A stretch of 64,000 bases of DNA. Source: a virus. Its lineage: Duplodnaviria > Heunggongvirae > Uroviricota > Caudoviricetes. Positions within the stretch are counted from its first letter, which is position 1; each line of letters begins with the position of its first letter. Made by a program: the position numbers and the translations under genes. The stretch lies in IMG/VR virus record IMGVR_UViG_2833096052_000002, positions 38,750-102,749 of that record; one strand, written 5' to 3'. Of this stretch, positions 9,691 through 18,863 are shown piece by piece. Under the pieces are notes generated by a model. It ran no database searches, was not told the origin of the DNA, and saw only the letters and a program-made list of their open reading frames with translations.

Positions 9691-10329
9691 TTATTCTCCT
9701 AATTCTTTCAGTGCATTAACAAGTTCAGAAAGTCTTGGGTTCTCAGGATGCTCTTTTGCCATCTTTTCATATAAAGCAATATTATTCATCTTTTCAATCT
9801 CAGACTTTAACTCTTTCTCAATAGAAGCTTTCTGCTTTGCAATTTCCTTCTGACGATTTTCCTCATCAATTCTTGCATTATACGCATTCATATTAACAAC
9901 TCCAACGACCTGTGCCGTTACGCACTTGCCATATGCTTCTACTGATCTTACTTCTTTTAAAATTCCAAGGACTCTATTATCTTTTCCTCTTGCATTTACA
10001 ATCACATATAACGGATGTTTTGTATCGTACTTAACAATTTCATTCATATCTTCATCGTATAAAGCAAATCCATAATTCTTCTTATTGTAATCATCTACCA
10101 AATTTACAATCGCCACTTTATTAAATCCTGTCATTTTATTCTCCTCACTTTTAACTTTTTCTACTGATAAAACGTTATATCCTTGTTTTCTATTCTTTAA
10201 TTGAACCATAACATATTTCTGTGTACCTACATTATATGTATCTATAACAAATCCAGTTTGTCCCCTACTATTACAAGAACTTTTTATTATCACTTTATCA
10301 TTTATCTGAATATTCCTCATAGGCTGCAC
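9691..10329 (-). CDS. hypothetical protein (212 aa)
   Basis: ORF track. Confidence 0.45.
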   Translation of the reverse strand: MQPMRNIQINDKVIIKSSCNSRGQTGFVIDTYNVGTQKYVMVQLKNRKQGYNVLSVEKVKSEENKMTGFNKVAIVNLVDDYNKKNYGFALYDEDMNEIVKYDTKHPLYVIVNARGKDNRVLGILKEVRSVEAYGKCVTAQVVGVVNMNAYNARIDEENRQKEIAKQKASIEKELKSEIEKMNNIALYEKMAKEHPENPRLSELVNALKELGE

Positions 10330-10341
10330 CTCCTATTATTT

Positions 10342-10878
10342 TTATTTTCCTAACTGTTCTAAGAACTCATTGCCACAATCACAAAATTCTCTAATCATAG
10401 ACTTCATTAATCCCCATGACATACCAGAATGTCCCTGATTTTTCATAATTTCAATTCCATCTTGGATAGATTTTTCTTTAACAGTTTTGATAATATCTAA
10501 GCACTGACCAAGTTCCATTCCTCTGTATAGATCATTAAGTCGAATAGGAACACATTTATCCCACATATTCCATTTATCTTTAGATAAAACCTTATGACCT
10601 TCTTCTATCCAATATTTTGATAATTCAGGGATTTTTCTTTTATGTTCTTCCTCTTCACGAATTAATCTTTGACGACTTTCTTCTTGTTCTTTATTAAATT
10701 CGTCAAAAGTTTTACCTATACAAAGCATATAAGCATCATCTAAAGACATATCAGATGTTAGTTTATTTTCATTGAATTCACCGCAATATTTATTTCCATC
10801 CTTTGCTCTTTCGTGTAATTCTTTTACAGCTCGTTCAATAGTCCAACCGCAACAAAAATTAATCTCTCTATATTCCAT
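10342..10878 (-). CDS. hypothetical protein (178 aa)
   Basis: ORF track. Confidence 0.45.
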   Translation of the reverse strand: MEYREINFCCGWTIERAVKELHERAKDGNKYCGEFNENKLTSDMSLDDAYMLCIGKTFDEFNKEQEESRQRLIREEEEHKRKIPELSKYWIEEGHKVLSKDKWNMWDKCVPIRLNDLYRGMELGQCLDIIKTVKEKSIQDGIEIMKNQGHSGMSWGLMKSMIREFCDCGNEFLEQLGK

Positions 10879-11399
10879 ATTGTTTACCTCCTGTTAATTT
10901 ATTCTCCTATTCCATATTTTCTCAACCATTCTTTTTTGCTTAATGTGGTTACACCACGTTTCTTTTGTTGCTTCCATACTTTAATAGCATATTCTTTTGT
11001 CATTCCTGGCACTGGATAATGTATTACTGATTTTGAAATTGTATATGGTTTTCCTATAGAAATCATCTTCAACAAATCTAATAAATTAGTCATAAATATA
11101 TTCTCCTAATCCTCAATATACTTTATTTCTTCTAGTATCGAACTTCCTATTTTCTTTGGAATGTTCATCCAATATTTCATTATTTATTCTTTTACATTTA
11201 TTTAACCCCTTGGTATATCCAATCAAATATGTCATATAAGAAAAGCAGATTGATAAAATTAACCATAACACCATAAGTATAATTATATATTTAACCATTT
11301 CTTACCTCACAATCTCACAAGGAAATCTATGTTTCTTGGTAAAAATATTACTATATATAGTGTCTATGTTTTCTATAAACACTATATATAGTATGTTAT

Positions 11400-12140
11400 T
11401 TACATTTGATACACAAAACTTGGCATTGGCTGTAATTTAAACAGATTTTTCTCATGCATTGAATCAATTTTAGCTTTTACTTTCTTACTTGGCTCAATTC
11501 CATCTCTGATATATGCATCTAATTCAGCATAAGTAAATCCAAGGTTATCTTCATCTGTCTTGCCACAAAGACCATCAGTAGGTGTCTTATCAACTAATTC
11601 TGATGGAAGCCCTAATTCACGACCAATAGCTTTAACCTCTGTTACTGTAAGCTGAGATAACGGACTAAAATCACCAGCAGCGTCACCATATCTTGTGGCG
11701 TAACCCACCCAATCTTCTGAAAGATTACACGTATTTGCAACTCGACCATTCATAGACTGACTGACTGCATATAAAGTTGTCATTCTGATACGTGCAGGAA
11801 GATTTGTGGCAGTCTGTTCAGAAATATCATATCCATTAAAAGGAAGATTATTTAATACACCACATACTGCATCTTTGATATTCACCTCAAAATTTCTGAT
11901 ATCTAAAAATTCAACAAGTTTTCTAGCCATATCAATATCCGACTGTTCTCCATTCGGCATAAGTACACCAATTACTCTATCTTTTCCAAGAGCTTCTACA
12001 CACAGAGCAGCTACAACACTTGAGTCCTTGCCGCCTGAGATACCCACAACCGCCATACAGTCTTTACCGTTCTTCTCGAAGAAATCCTTAATCCACTGAA
12101 CGCAATCATTAGTTACTTTTTTTACATCAAAATTACTCAT
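11400..12140 (-). CDS. nadE: NH3-dependent NAD+ synthetase
   Basis: PP-loop VVGISGGKDSS; downstream ARIRMTTLYA...ANTCNLSEDWVGYATRYGD aligns with NadE consensus. Confidence 0.85.
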   Translation of the reverse strand: MSNFDVKKVTNDCVQWIKDFFEKNGKDCMAVVGISGGKDSSVVAALCVEALGKDRVIGVLMPNGEQSDIDMARKLVEFLDIRNFEVNIKDAVCGVLNNLPFNGYDISEQTATNLPARIRMTTLYAVSQSMNGRVANTCNLSEDWVGYATRYGDAAGDFSPLSQLTVTEVKAIGRELGLPSELVDKTPTDGLCGKTDEDNLGFTYAELDAYIRDGIEPSKKVKAKIDSMHEKNLFKLQPMPSFVYQM

Positions 12141-12546
12141 GTTTAATCTCCTCTCTAACTCTCATAAGAATTTTTCCTAAATTGTTTTCTCCAACACCAT
12201 TCACAGTTCCCCAAATTTTATCACCCCAAGTATTACCTTCTTCGAGATGCTGATTATCAGTCTCAAGTAACTTTGCTTTGAGCTTTAAATTTTGAGTAAA
12301 TTTCGCTTTTACAATTTCGTACATAACGTTGTACTTCACATCTTCCCAATCAGATCGAAGCTGAACTCTTCTACCAAGTTTCTTTGCAGATGATGGATCT
12401 AAATTCGTGAAACATTCTCTATCTGAAAAAGTTTTTGCTGATTGAAAAGCGGCTTCATTATTCAAATATGTAAGTCCTTCATATGTAACAGGAGAAGAAT
12501 AAAAGTTGCTTAAAAAATAATATTTACCTCTAAATTCATTTATCAT
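12133..12546 (-). CDS. NADAR (DUF1768/YbiA-like) domain protein
   Basis: YFLSNFYSSPV...EAAFQSAKT...WG...GxNxLGKILMRVREE matches NADAR family signature. Confidence 0.75.
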   Translation of the reverse strand: MINEFRGKYYFLSNFYSSPVTYEGLTYLNNEAAFQSAKTFSDRECFTNLDPSSAKKLGRRVQLRSDWEDVKYNVMYEIVKAKFTQNLKLKAKLLETDNQHLEEGNTWGDKIWGTVNGVGENNLGKILMRVREEIKHE

Positions 12547-13004
12547 CCTTTGTCAAGCCTCCATAATTCAACATTGCAATCATAAAAAATATTCTCTATC
12601 ATTTGATGTACTTCCTCCCAATTTGCACCGCCACGAACACATCCAATTTTATATGGCATTGCAATACTCATATTTTCTAAAACTGCATATGATTTCAAAT
12701 TTTCAAAACATTTTCTTAAAGCATCAATATCTGTATACTGTTTTCCGTCATAGCCATATGATTTTTGTGCAAATAAATTTGCATATATTCTTGCGTCAAT
12801 ATTAGACTGAAAATATCTAACAGAACCCAATAATTGTTCAGGTGTATTAATCGAACAAAAACTATGATAATCTTTATATACTTGCACATCATAATCACGG
12901 ATTGCTTTTGCAACACCAGAATTAAAAGCACCTTTGCAATTAACCTGGTGTGCAATAATATCAGTGTTCGAAGTGAGCAAGTCTCCATCAATAATTTTAA
13001 TCAT
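12543..13004 (-). CDS. Macro domain (ADP-ribose binding/hydrolase) protein
   Basis: DIIAHQVNCKGAFNSGVAKAI resembles macro-domain nucleotide-binding motif; start overlaps upstream stop (TAATG). Confidence 0.6.
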   Translation of the reverse strand: MIKIIDGDLLTSNTDIIAHQVNCKGAFNSGVAKAIRDYDVQVYKDYHSFCSINTPEQLLGSVRYFQSNIDARIYANLFAQKSYGYDGKQYTDIDALRKCFENLKSYAVLENMSIAMPYKIGCVRGGANWEEVHQMIENIFYDCNVELWRLDKG

Positions 13005-14464
13005 TACTTACCTCCGTACATTCTGTTTCTGATATCCGCAAATGTATCTTCTCTTACTAATTCTCCATCTTTAAATACGGTAGTAAGTAAACTGTTATCA
13101 CTTATTTCAAGTAACTGATCTTGACATTTTAATTCACCGTTATCATCGAATACTCTACAACATCCTTTATGAGATTTCTTTAAGTGACTTGTATCTGTCT
13201 TAGGATCTTTAAAAATCATTAGCTTCTTACCATCAATTACTCCATATGTAGCTTTCATTGCAATGCCAAAAGTATCTCTTGTAACAACAATCATCTTGCC
13301 GTTTTCAACGATTGCAGTGAAGCAAAAAGCTCCTACACCATAAGCAATATTATTAGCTGCGAAACCACGTTTTTCTAATTCTTTCCAAATAGTTTCTACA
13401 TTAGAAAGTGTGCAACCATCACCATAAATAATACCGATATGCGGATCTAATACCTTATAACCTTTACCATTTACAGAACCACCAAAAATCTCCCATAACC
13501 TTTCAACTGTCTTAACTGAAATCTCTACAATATCACCACTATCAGGACGAATTAAGAGCTTTCCATTATGATTCATAATCTCTTCTTTACACTGTGGAAG
13601 AATATTATTTACCATATTCCAATAATCATAAGTATCTGAAACCATACTAAATGATGTATTTGGATATAACTCTGTTAAAAGTCTCTTAACAAACGTAATC
13701 TCATCTCCATCAATTGAGAAATTAGCACCCATTACAGAATGCTCAGTTGAGACAGCACCGATTCCAATACCATTATTCTTACAATCGGCATTATAATATC
13801 TATCAATATAATTAATTGCTGGAATTGTAGATGTCTTATTAAATGAAAGCAACCATGATGCTGAACATCTTGTAGCTTCATCCATACAAGACATTCCTCT
13901 CATACCAAAATCTGCACAAGCCATATTTCCAGGCAACCCGTCTGTTGTCTTGTTATACCAATAATCTGCAATCTCACGATACATATGACCGATAGTTGCA
14001 TGACAACAAGGTTTCCATAATTCTACCTGAAGAATACATTCGATCCACTGAACAAGCCAAGCAAATTTATCATCCGTATTTGTAATCTCAATACAAGGAA
14101 CACCCATAGGAACAAGTGTGCCTTCTGGCAATGCTCTAATCTCAAGTGGTAAATATCCTAATCTGTGAAGCTCTACAATTTTATCTAAATCATAGTTGTC
14201 TCTACCAATCTGTACGTCCATCGAATCTGTATAAAGAGTTAGCATCTCATCTTCCGATAAATCGAAGAAATTTTTCTGAAAATATCCCATTAAATATTCT
14301 TTGATAAATGCCTGTAATCCAAAGAAAACCATTTCATTTTGATTCTCTAACATTGATTTTCGAGGCACCCAATACGATACTAACTTAGTTAATCCCTTCG
14401 GATACATACGATCATGACACTGTTTATAAGTATCTGATAATAATAAAGCCATTGTGTTATCCAT
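13004..14464 (-). CDS. nicotinamide phosphoribosyltransferase homolog (NAMPT/NadV-like; candidate Namat of NARP1)
   Basis: About 486-aa NAMPT-family sequence (LLSDTYKQCH..., GMRGMS..., GIIYGDG...). Probable start is the ATG at 14464 with GGAGG 9 nt upstream; the ORF-track start at 14506 is an upstream extension. Confidence 0.75.
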   Translation of the reverse strand: MDNTMALLLSDTYKQCHDRMYPKGLTKLVSYWVPRKSMLENQNEMVFFGLQAFIKEYLMGYFQKNFFDLSEDEMLTLYTDSMDVQIGRDNYDLDKIVELHRLGYLPLEIRALPEGTLVPMGVPCIEITNTDDKFAWLVQWIECILQVELWKPCCHATIGHMYREIADYWYNKTTDGLPGNMACADFGMRGMSCMDEATRCSASWLLSFNKTSTIPAINYIDRYYNADCKNNGIGIGAVSTEHSVMGANFSIDGDEITFVKRLLTELYPNTSFSMVSDTYDYWNMVNNILPQCKEEIMNHNGKLLIRPDSGDIVEISVKTVERLWEIFGGSVNGKGYKVLDPHIGIIYGDGCTLSNVETIWKELEKRGFAANNIAYGVGAFCFTAIVENGKMIVVTRDTFGIAMKATYGVIDGKKLMIFKDPKTDTSHLKKSHKGCCRVFDDNGELKCQDQLLEISDNSLLTTVFKDGELVREDTFADIRNRMYGGK

Positions 14465-14468
14465 AATT

Positions 14469-15305
14469 TTAAACCTCCATAACTGTAATTTTTTCATGAT
14501 TACCATTAAACAAACTGTTTGTAGTAAATAATCTGTTCACTGTATTATTCTCCAAAGACTTGATCAATGTTCCTTTTTCTTTATCAAGAATTGAATTCTC
14601 TGTATGAGTGGCATACGCATAAATCTCAGTTACACCATGTTTCTTCAATTCTTCTGCACTATAATAAAGTGAACCGCCATATGCGATAATATCATCAATC
14701 ATTAACACAGCTTTATCCTTCAAATCAATACCATTTGTTCTAATGTCTAATCCAAGGATTTTACCAGTCTTCCAATCTCTCTTCTTTTCACCATAACAAT
14801 ACGGCAACTCAGGGAATAAATCTGAATATCTCTTAGCTGCACCTGCATCTGGGAAATAAAGTACAAGATTTCTCATACCAATCTTTGAAATAGCTTTATC
14901 AACATACTCTTTTGGATTTTCTTTTACACAATTATTGAGTAATGCAGTAGAAACATCACTATGAGCATCTAAAACATAAACTGATGAAAATCCTAACCAA
15001 TTGATAAAATCGCAAAAATACTTCAGTGTGAATACTTCATCATCATTTTTTACTCTATCCATTCGTGCATTAGGAATATATGGAAGAGACAAATAATAAT
15101 CCACATTAGTAAAAAATCTTTCAAGATGTTTCCTTACTAACATCAGATAAAACATCTCATCGTTACTCTCATAAATCCATTCAATCCAAATGCAAGGAGA
15201 CCCATCATAAGAGTCTTCCTCAATGTTGTTTATATCAATATTTACTCTTGGTGTTCCATCTGGGAACTTGTTGATTGTTACAATTTCATTATTAATTTTA
15301 ATCAT
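14469..15305 (-). CDS. ribose-phosphate pyrophosphokinase homolog (PRS-like; candidate Adps of NARP1)
   Basis: PRPP-binding loop VLMIDDIIAYGGSL and LDAHSD region typical of PRPP synthetase family; 278 aa, shorter than canonical Prs. Confidence 0.7.
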   Translation of the reverse strand: MIKINNEIVTINKFPDGTPRVNIDINNIEEDSYDGSPCIWIEWIYESNDEMFYLMLVRKHLERFFTNVDYYLSLPYIPNARMDRVKNDDEVFTLKYFCDFINWLGFSSVYVLDAHSDVSTALLNNCVKENPKEYVDKAISKIGMRNLVLYFPDAGAAKRYSDLFPELPYCYGEKKRDWKTGKILGLDIRTNGIDLKDKAVLMIDDIIAYGGSLYYSAEELKKHGVTEIYAYATHTENSILDKEKGTLIKSLENNTVNRLFTTNSLFNGNHEKITVMEV

Positions 15306-15308
15306 GTT

Positions 15309-15821
15309 TTACTCTCCAATCACTTCGATCTGACACATCTTCATAGTTGCTAATGCAGCCTTGTGGGTATCAGGTGTGACACCTGCGCAACAGCTTGCAT
15401 CTACTGTAATATCAATCTCAGGATAATTTGCCCTGATAATAAGTGCATTTGAAACCACACAGATGTCGGTGCATAATCCGCAAACCTCAACACTTTCAAA
15501 TCCTAAATCCTTCCAGTTTAACCAACCGAATGTAGGCTTATCAATCAGAATATCGTTCTCAATATCAAAATCTAACTTATCGGAAATCTGCCAACCAATA
15601 GTATTCTTTACACAGTGAGTAACAGGAAGATGCTTACCTTCATATGTTTCTAAATAATTCTCAGGATGTGTGTCTCTTGTAAAAATTACCTGCTTACCAG
15701 CATCCTTATACTCCTTAATTTTCTTTGCTACATTTGATACAATCGCCTGTGCTTCCTTTGTACCAAGTGTTCCATCAATAAAATCATTCTGCATGTCTAC
15801 AACAATTAATGTTTCTCTCAT
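15309..15821 (-). CDS. isochorismatase-family cysteine hydrolase, nicotinamidase (PncA)-like
   Basis: LIVVDMQNDF start motif and catalytic-Cys segment VCGLCTDICV. Confidence 0.7.
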   Translation of the reverse strand: MRETLIVVDMQNDFIDGTLGTKEAQAIVSNVAKKIKEYKDAGKQVIFTRDTHPENYLETYEGKHLPVTHCVKNTIGWQISDKLDFDIENDILIDKPTFGWLNWKDLGFESVEVCGLCTDICVVSNALIIRANYPEIDITVDASCCAGVTPDTHKAALATMKMCQIEVIGE

Positions 15822-15939
15822 TTTGTTACCTCTTTTCTTTATTTTTATATGTATTTATTCTCTGAAAACTCAGAAGAAAAAAATATTTCATTTTACTTTT
15901 TTGGATAATTTGGCTGATCAGCCGTGAATAGAATTGCTT

Positions 15940-16128
15940 CTATATTAGATTATTCTCTACTCGAAACTTCTTTAATTCATCTTGAATCATCTTTTGTATA
16001 TCTTCTTTATCAAAAGATATATTTGCTACTGGAATAACATTTGCATTTGGATTAACTTCACCAACAATAGCTTCATCAAATACTTTTATAAACATTTCTG
16101 CAATTTCTTTTTCATAATTGCCACACAA
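15940..16128 (-). CDS. small hypothetical protein
   Basis: ORF track. Confidence 0.3.
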   Translation of the reverse strand: MCGNYEKEIAEMFIKVFDEAIVGEVNPNANVIPVANISFDKEDIQKMIQDELKKFRVENNLI

Positions 16129-16245
16129 TCCACTACAATCTATATCTGCAATTACTCTTGAAAAAAATCTTTGAACTTATCATCTATAAAATCTCGCTCG
16201 TATTCTCTTGGTATATCAATTGTTAATTTCACCATTTCACCTCAC

Positions 16246-16452
16246 TTATTCTCTGTATGGTTCAGGTAACGGCATCCAAGCTCTCATGCCTCCATTGATT
16301 CTTCCCCAATACCATGTCCCATCATAGTATTGCCTTTGCACTTTTGTTACCATTCCTCGATTTGTGGTAACAAGTACATTTATCACTTTCTTACCTTCAT
16401 ATCTTTTATCATCTTCTGGCATTTGCCCTTCGATACATTTAATCCATTCCAA
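16246..16452 (-). CDS. small Trp-rich hypothetical protein
   Basis: ORF track. Confidence 0.35.
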   Translation of the reverse strand: MEWIKCIEGQMPEDDKRYEGKKVINVLVTTNRGMVTKVQRQYYDGTWYWGRINGGMRAWMPLPEPYRE

Positions 16453-16465
16453 TTATTCTTTCACC

Positions 16466-17206
16466 TCACATCCATTTATCAATTTCACTAAACACATTAC
16501 CTAATGAATTAACAATCATCAAATCAGTTTCACCGTATAACAACACTTGAATTTTCTCTTTATTGATAACAACCAAATGTCTACCACTAAAATATGAAAT
16601 ATAATGAGCTGCTGGATAAACTTTTAATGAAGTGCCACCAATAATCAACATTTCAGCATCTCGAATAGCTCTGATTGCTCCATTTACAGCTTCATTAGGA
16701 AGATTCTCTCCGTATAAAGTCACATCAGGTCTAATCAGCCCACCACATTCACACTTTGGAACAGCATCTTTAGTGTTAAATAAGAAATCAGAATGATATT
16801 TCATCTTACACTTACTACAATAATTTCTCTGAGTAGTTCCATGAATCTCAAAGACATTCTTACTACCAGCTTTCTGATGAAGTCCATCAATGTTCTGTGT
16901 TACAATAGCTTTCAACTTGCCTACTTCTTCCATCTTAGCAAGTACCTTATGAGTAATATTTGGCTCAATATTTCTTGTATCCATCTTCTGCCGATAGAAC
17001 TCATAGAATACTTTCGGATTGTTGTATAAGCATTCTCGACTCAAAAGATACTCTGGCTCGTATCTATCAAACTGAACGTCATGCTGATTATATAATCCAT
17101 CCTTTGAACGGAAGTCAGGAATACCACTTTCAGTTGACACACCTGCTCCACCAAAAAATACAATATTGTTCGATTCTTCTATATATTCTCTTAATTTATC
17201 GTACAT
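16466..17206 (-). CDS. Sir2-family NAD+-dependent deacylase/ADP-ribosyltransferase
   Basis: GAGVSTESGIPDFRS, TQNIDGLH, HG and CSKC...CECGG zinc ribbon. Confidence 0.8.
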   Translation of the reverse strand: MYDKLREYIEESNNIVFFGGAGVSTESGIPDFRSKDGLYNQHDVQFDRYEPEYLLSRECLYNNPKVFYEFYRQKMDTRNIEPNITHKVLAKMEEVGKLKAIVTQNIDGLHQKAGSKNVFEIHGTTQRNYCSKCKMKYHSDFLFNTKDAVPKCECGGLIRPDVTLYGENLPNEAVNGAIRAIRDAEMLIIGGTSLKVYPAAHYISYFSGRHLVVINKEKIQVLLYGETDLMIVNSLGNVFSEIDKWM

Positions 17207-17212
17207 ATTACC

Positions 17213-17470
17213 TCACTCTATCATTTCAACTTTAATCCTAAATTTTGTTGTTTCTATATGTTCGTTTTCTTGATAAGGACAATTATAATCAAAGTGCTGA
17301 TGTTTAACAGTCGCAATCAAATGAGTATCATTACTAGAAACAAATTCCGTATCTGTTTCATAAGTATCTTCAGAACCATCACCAAGTTTAGAATCTGCAC
17401 AATATATCTGATTTGCGTCTAATGCATCTTGAATAATTCTGTAAATGTCTCCTGTATTATACATAGTCAC
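17213..17470 (-). CDS. small hypothetical protein
   Basis: ORF track. Confidence 0.35.
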   Translation of the reverse strand: MTMYNTGDIYRIIQDALDANQIYCADSKLGDGSEDTYETDTEFVSSNDTHLIATVKHQHFDYNCPYQENEHIETTKFRIKVEMIE

Positions 17471-17474
17471 TCCT

Positions 17475-18863
17475 TTAATACTCTATCAAACCATCTGTAA
17501 TACCAGTCATCCAATAAATAAGATCTTCTCTATCATTTTTTAATCTTCCATCTATTACACGAGTTAAGATTTCATTGAGCCAGTACCCAACCTCTTTTCC
17601 ACTTTTAATGAGCATTGTATCCATTACATCTTTTCCATTAACTGCTAAATCCTTTAAAGAAAAACATTCATCATCCTGTAAGACTTCTTCTAAAATATAT
17701 TCGATGTTATCAATCTTCTGTAATCTTATTTCCTGATTAATGTCTGCTTGTGCTTTAATATCGGCTCTACGAACATTTAATAATCTTCTAAACTGTTCTT
17801 CTCCGATTTTATTAAGCCATCTCTTGACATATTTCTTTCCCACCTCAAAAGTAGCATCATGATAATAGACTAATTCAACAACTTTTTCTCTCGTATCATT
17901 GTCAAATCTTAATCGCTTCATTATTTTATCAGTCATATCAGCACTGACTCTTCCATGACCTTTGAAATGTCTAATACCATCCTCGCCATCTTGATAACAA
18001 TGTAGCTTTCCAATATCATGAAAAAATACAGCCAATGATGTAATCAAATCTCTTGGATTCAAGTCTTCTTCACAATCACATTCATAAGCTTGTACTGCAT
18101 GTACTGTATGATTCCATACATCATAGATGTGATATGGATTATTCTGTGGAAAATCAAACATATCTTTTATTTCAGGAATAAACAATGATAATACATCGCC
18201 ATATAAAACCATCTGTACACAAAAATCACTCGATATAGCAATTTTACAGAACTCACTATTTATCCTCTCAACGGATATATTCTCTAAATTTTGATACATC
18301 TTGTGTAAAACATAATCTGTATTTGGTTCAAGAACAAAGCTTAACTGAGAAGCGAATCTAATGGCACGTAAAATTCTTAAAGCATCTTCAGCAAATCTAT
18401 CTTCTGGTTTACCAACACACTGAATTTTGTGATATTTTATATCTTCCATTCCATTAAACGGATCTACAAGACCAACTTCATCATTGTATGCCATCGCATT
18501 AATTGTAAAATCTCTACGCTTTAAATCCTCTTCAAGACTTCGTGTAAATGCAACACTGTCAGGTCTACGACTATCTGAGTAATTACCGTCAATTCTGTAA
18601 GTGGTACATTCATATCCTTCACCGTTAATTACAATAGTGATAGTTCCATGCTGCAATCCAGTTTCAATAATTCTCTTATCCTTGAATACTTCCATCATTT
18701 CATCTGGTGTGGCAGAAGTCGTAATGTCATAATCGTGAATTGGTCTGCCAAGAATACTATCTCTCACTGCACCGCCACATAAAAATGCCTCATATCCATT
18801 ACTCTGTAAAGTATGAATAATTTCATTTGCACCAGATGGAATTTTAATTTTCAATTTCTTCAT
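17475..18863 (-). CDS. cca: tRNA nucleotidyltransferase (CCA-adding enzyme) with HD domain
   Basis: GGAVRD...DxD polymerase-beta head, RRDFTINA, and HD motif FFHDIGK. Confidence 0.8.
   Translation of the reverse strand: MKKLKIKIPSGANEIIHTLQSNGYEAFLCGGAVRDSILGRPIHDYDITTSATPDEMMEVFKDKRIIETGLQHGTITIVINGEGYECTTYRIDGNYSDSRRPDSVAFTRSLEEDLKRRDFTINAMAYNDEVGLVDPFNGMEDIKYHKIQCVGKPEDRFAEDALRILRAIRFASQLSFVLEPNTDYVLHKMYQNLENISVERINSEFCKIAISSDFCVQMVLYGDVLSLFIPEIKDMFDFPQNNPYHIYDVWNHTVHAVQAYECDCEEDLNPRDLITSLAVFFHDIGKLHCYQDGEDGIRHFKGHGRVSADMTDKIMKRLRFDNDTREKVVELVYYHDATFEVGKKYVKRWLNKIGEEQFRRLLNVRRADIKAQADINQEIRLQKIDNIEYILEEVLQDDECFSLKDLAVNGKDVMDTMLIKSGKEVGYWLNEILTRVIDGRLKNDREDLIYWMTGITDGLIEY

Noticed and set aside
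9301-9702. Long plus-strand ORFs such as 9301..9702, 28241..28609, 29039..29443, 45183..45809, 50720..51013
   Set aside because: They lie antisense to well-supported minus-strand genes, have low-complexity Ser/Leu/Phe-rich translations typical of antisense frames in AT-rich DNA, and have no RBS
13004-14506. ORF-track N-terminal extension of the NAMPT-like gene overlapping the PRS-like gene by 38 nt
   Set aside because: An internal ATG with a perfect GGAGG RBS gives a conventional start; the extension (MVIMKKLQLWRFKI) is probably not translated
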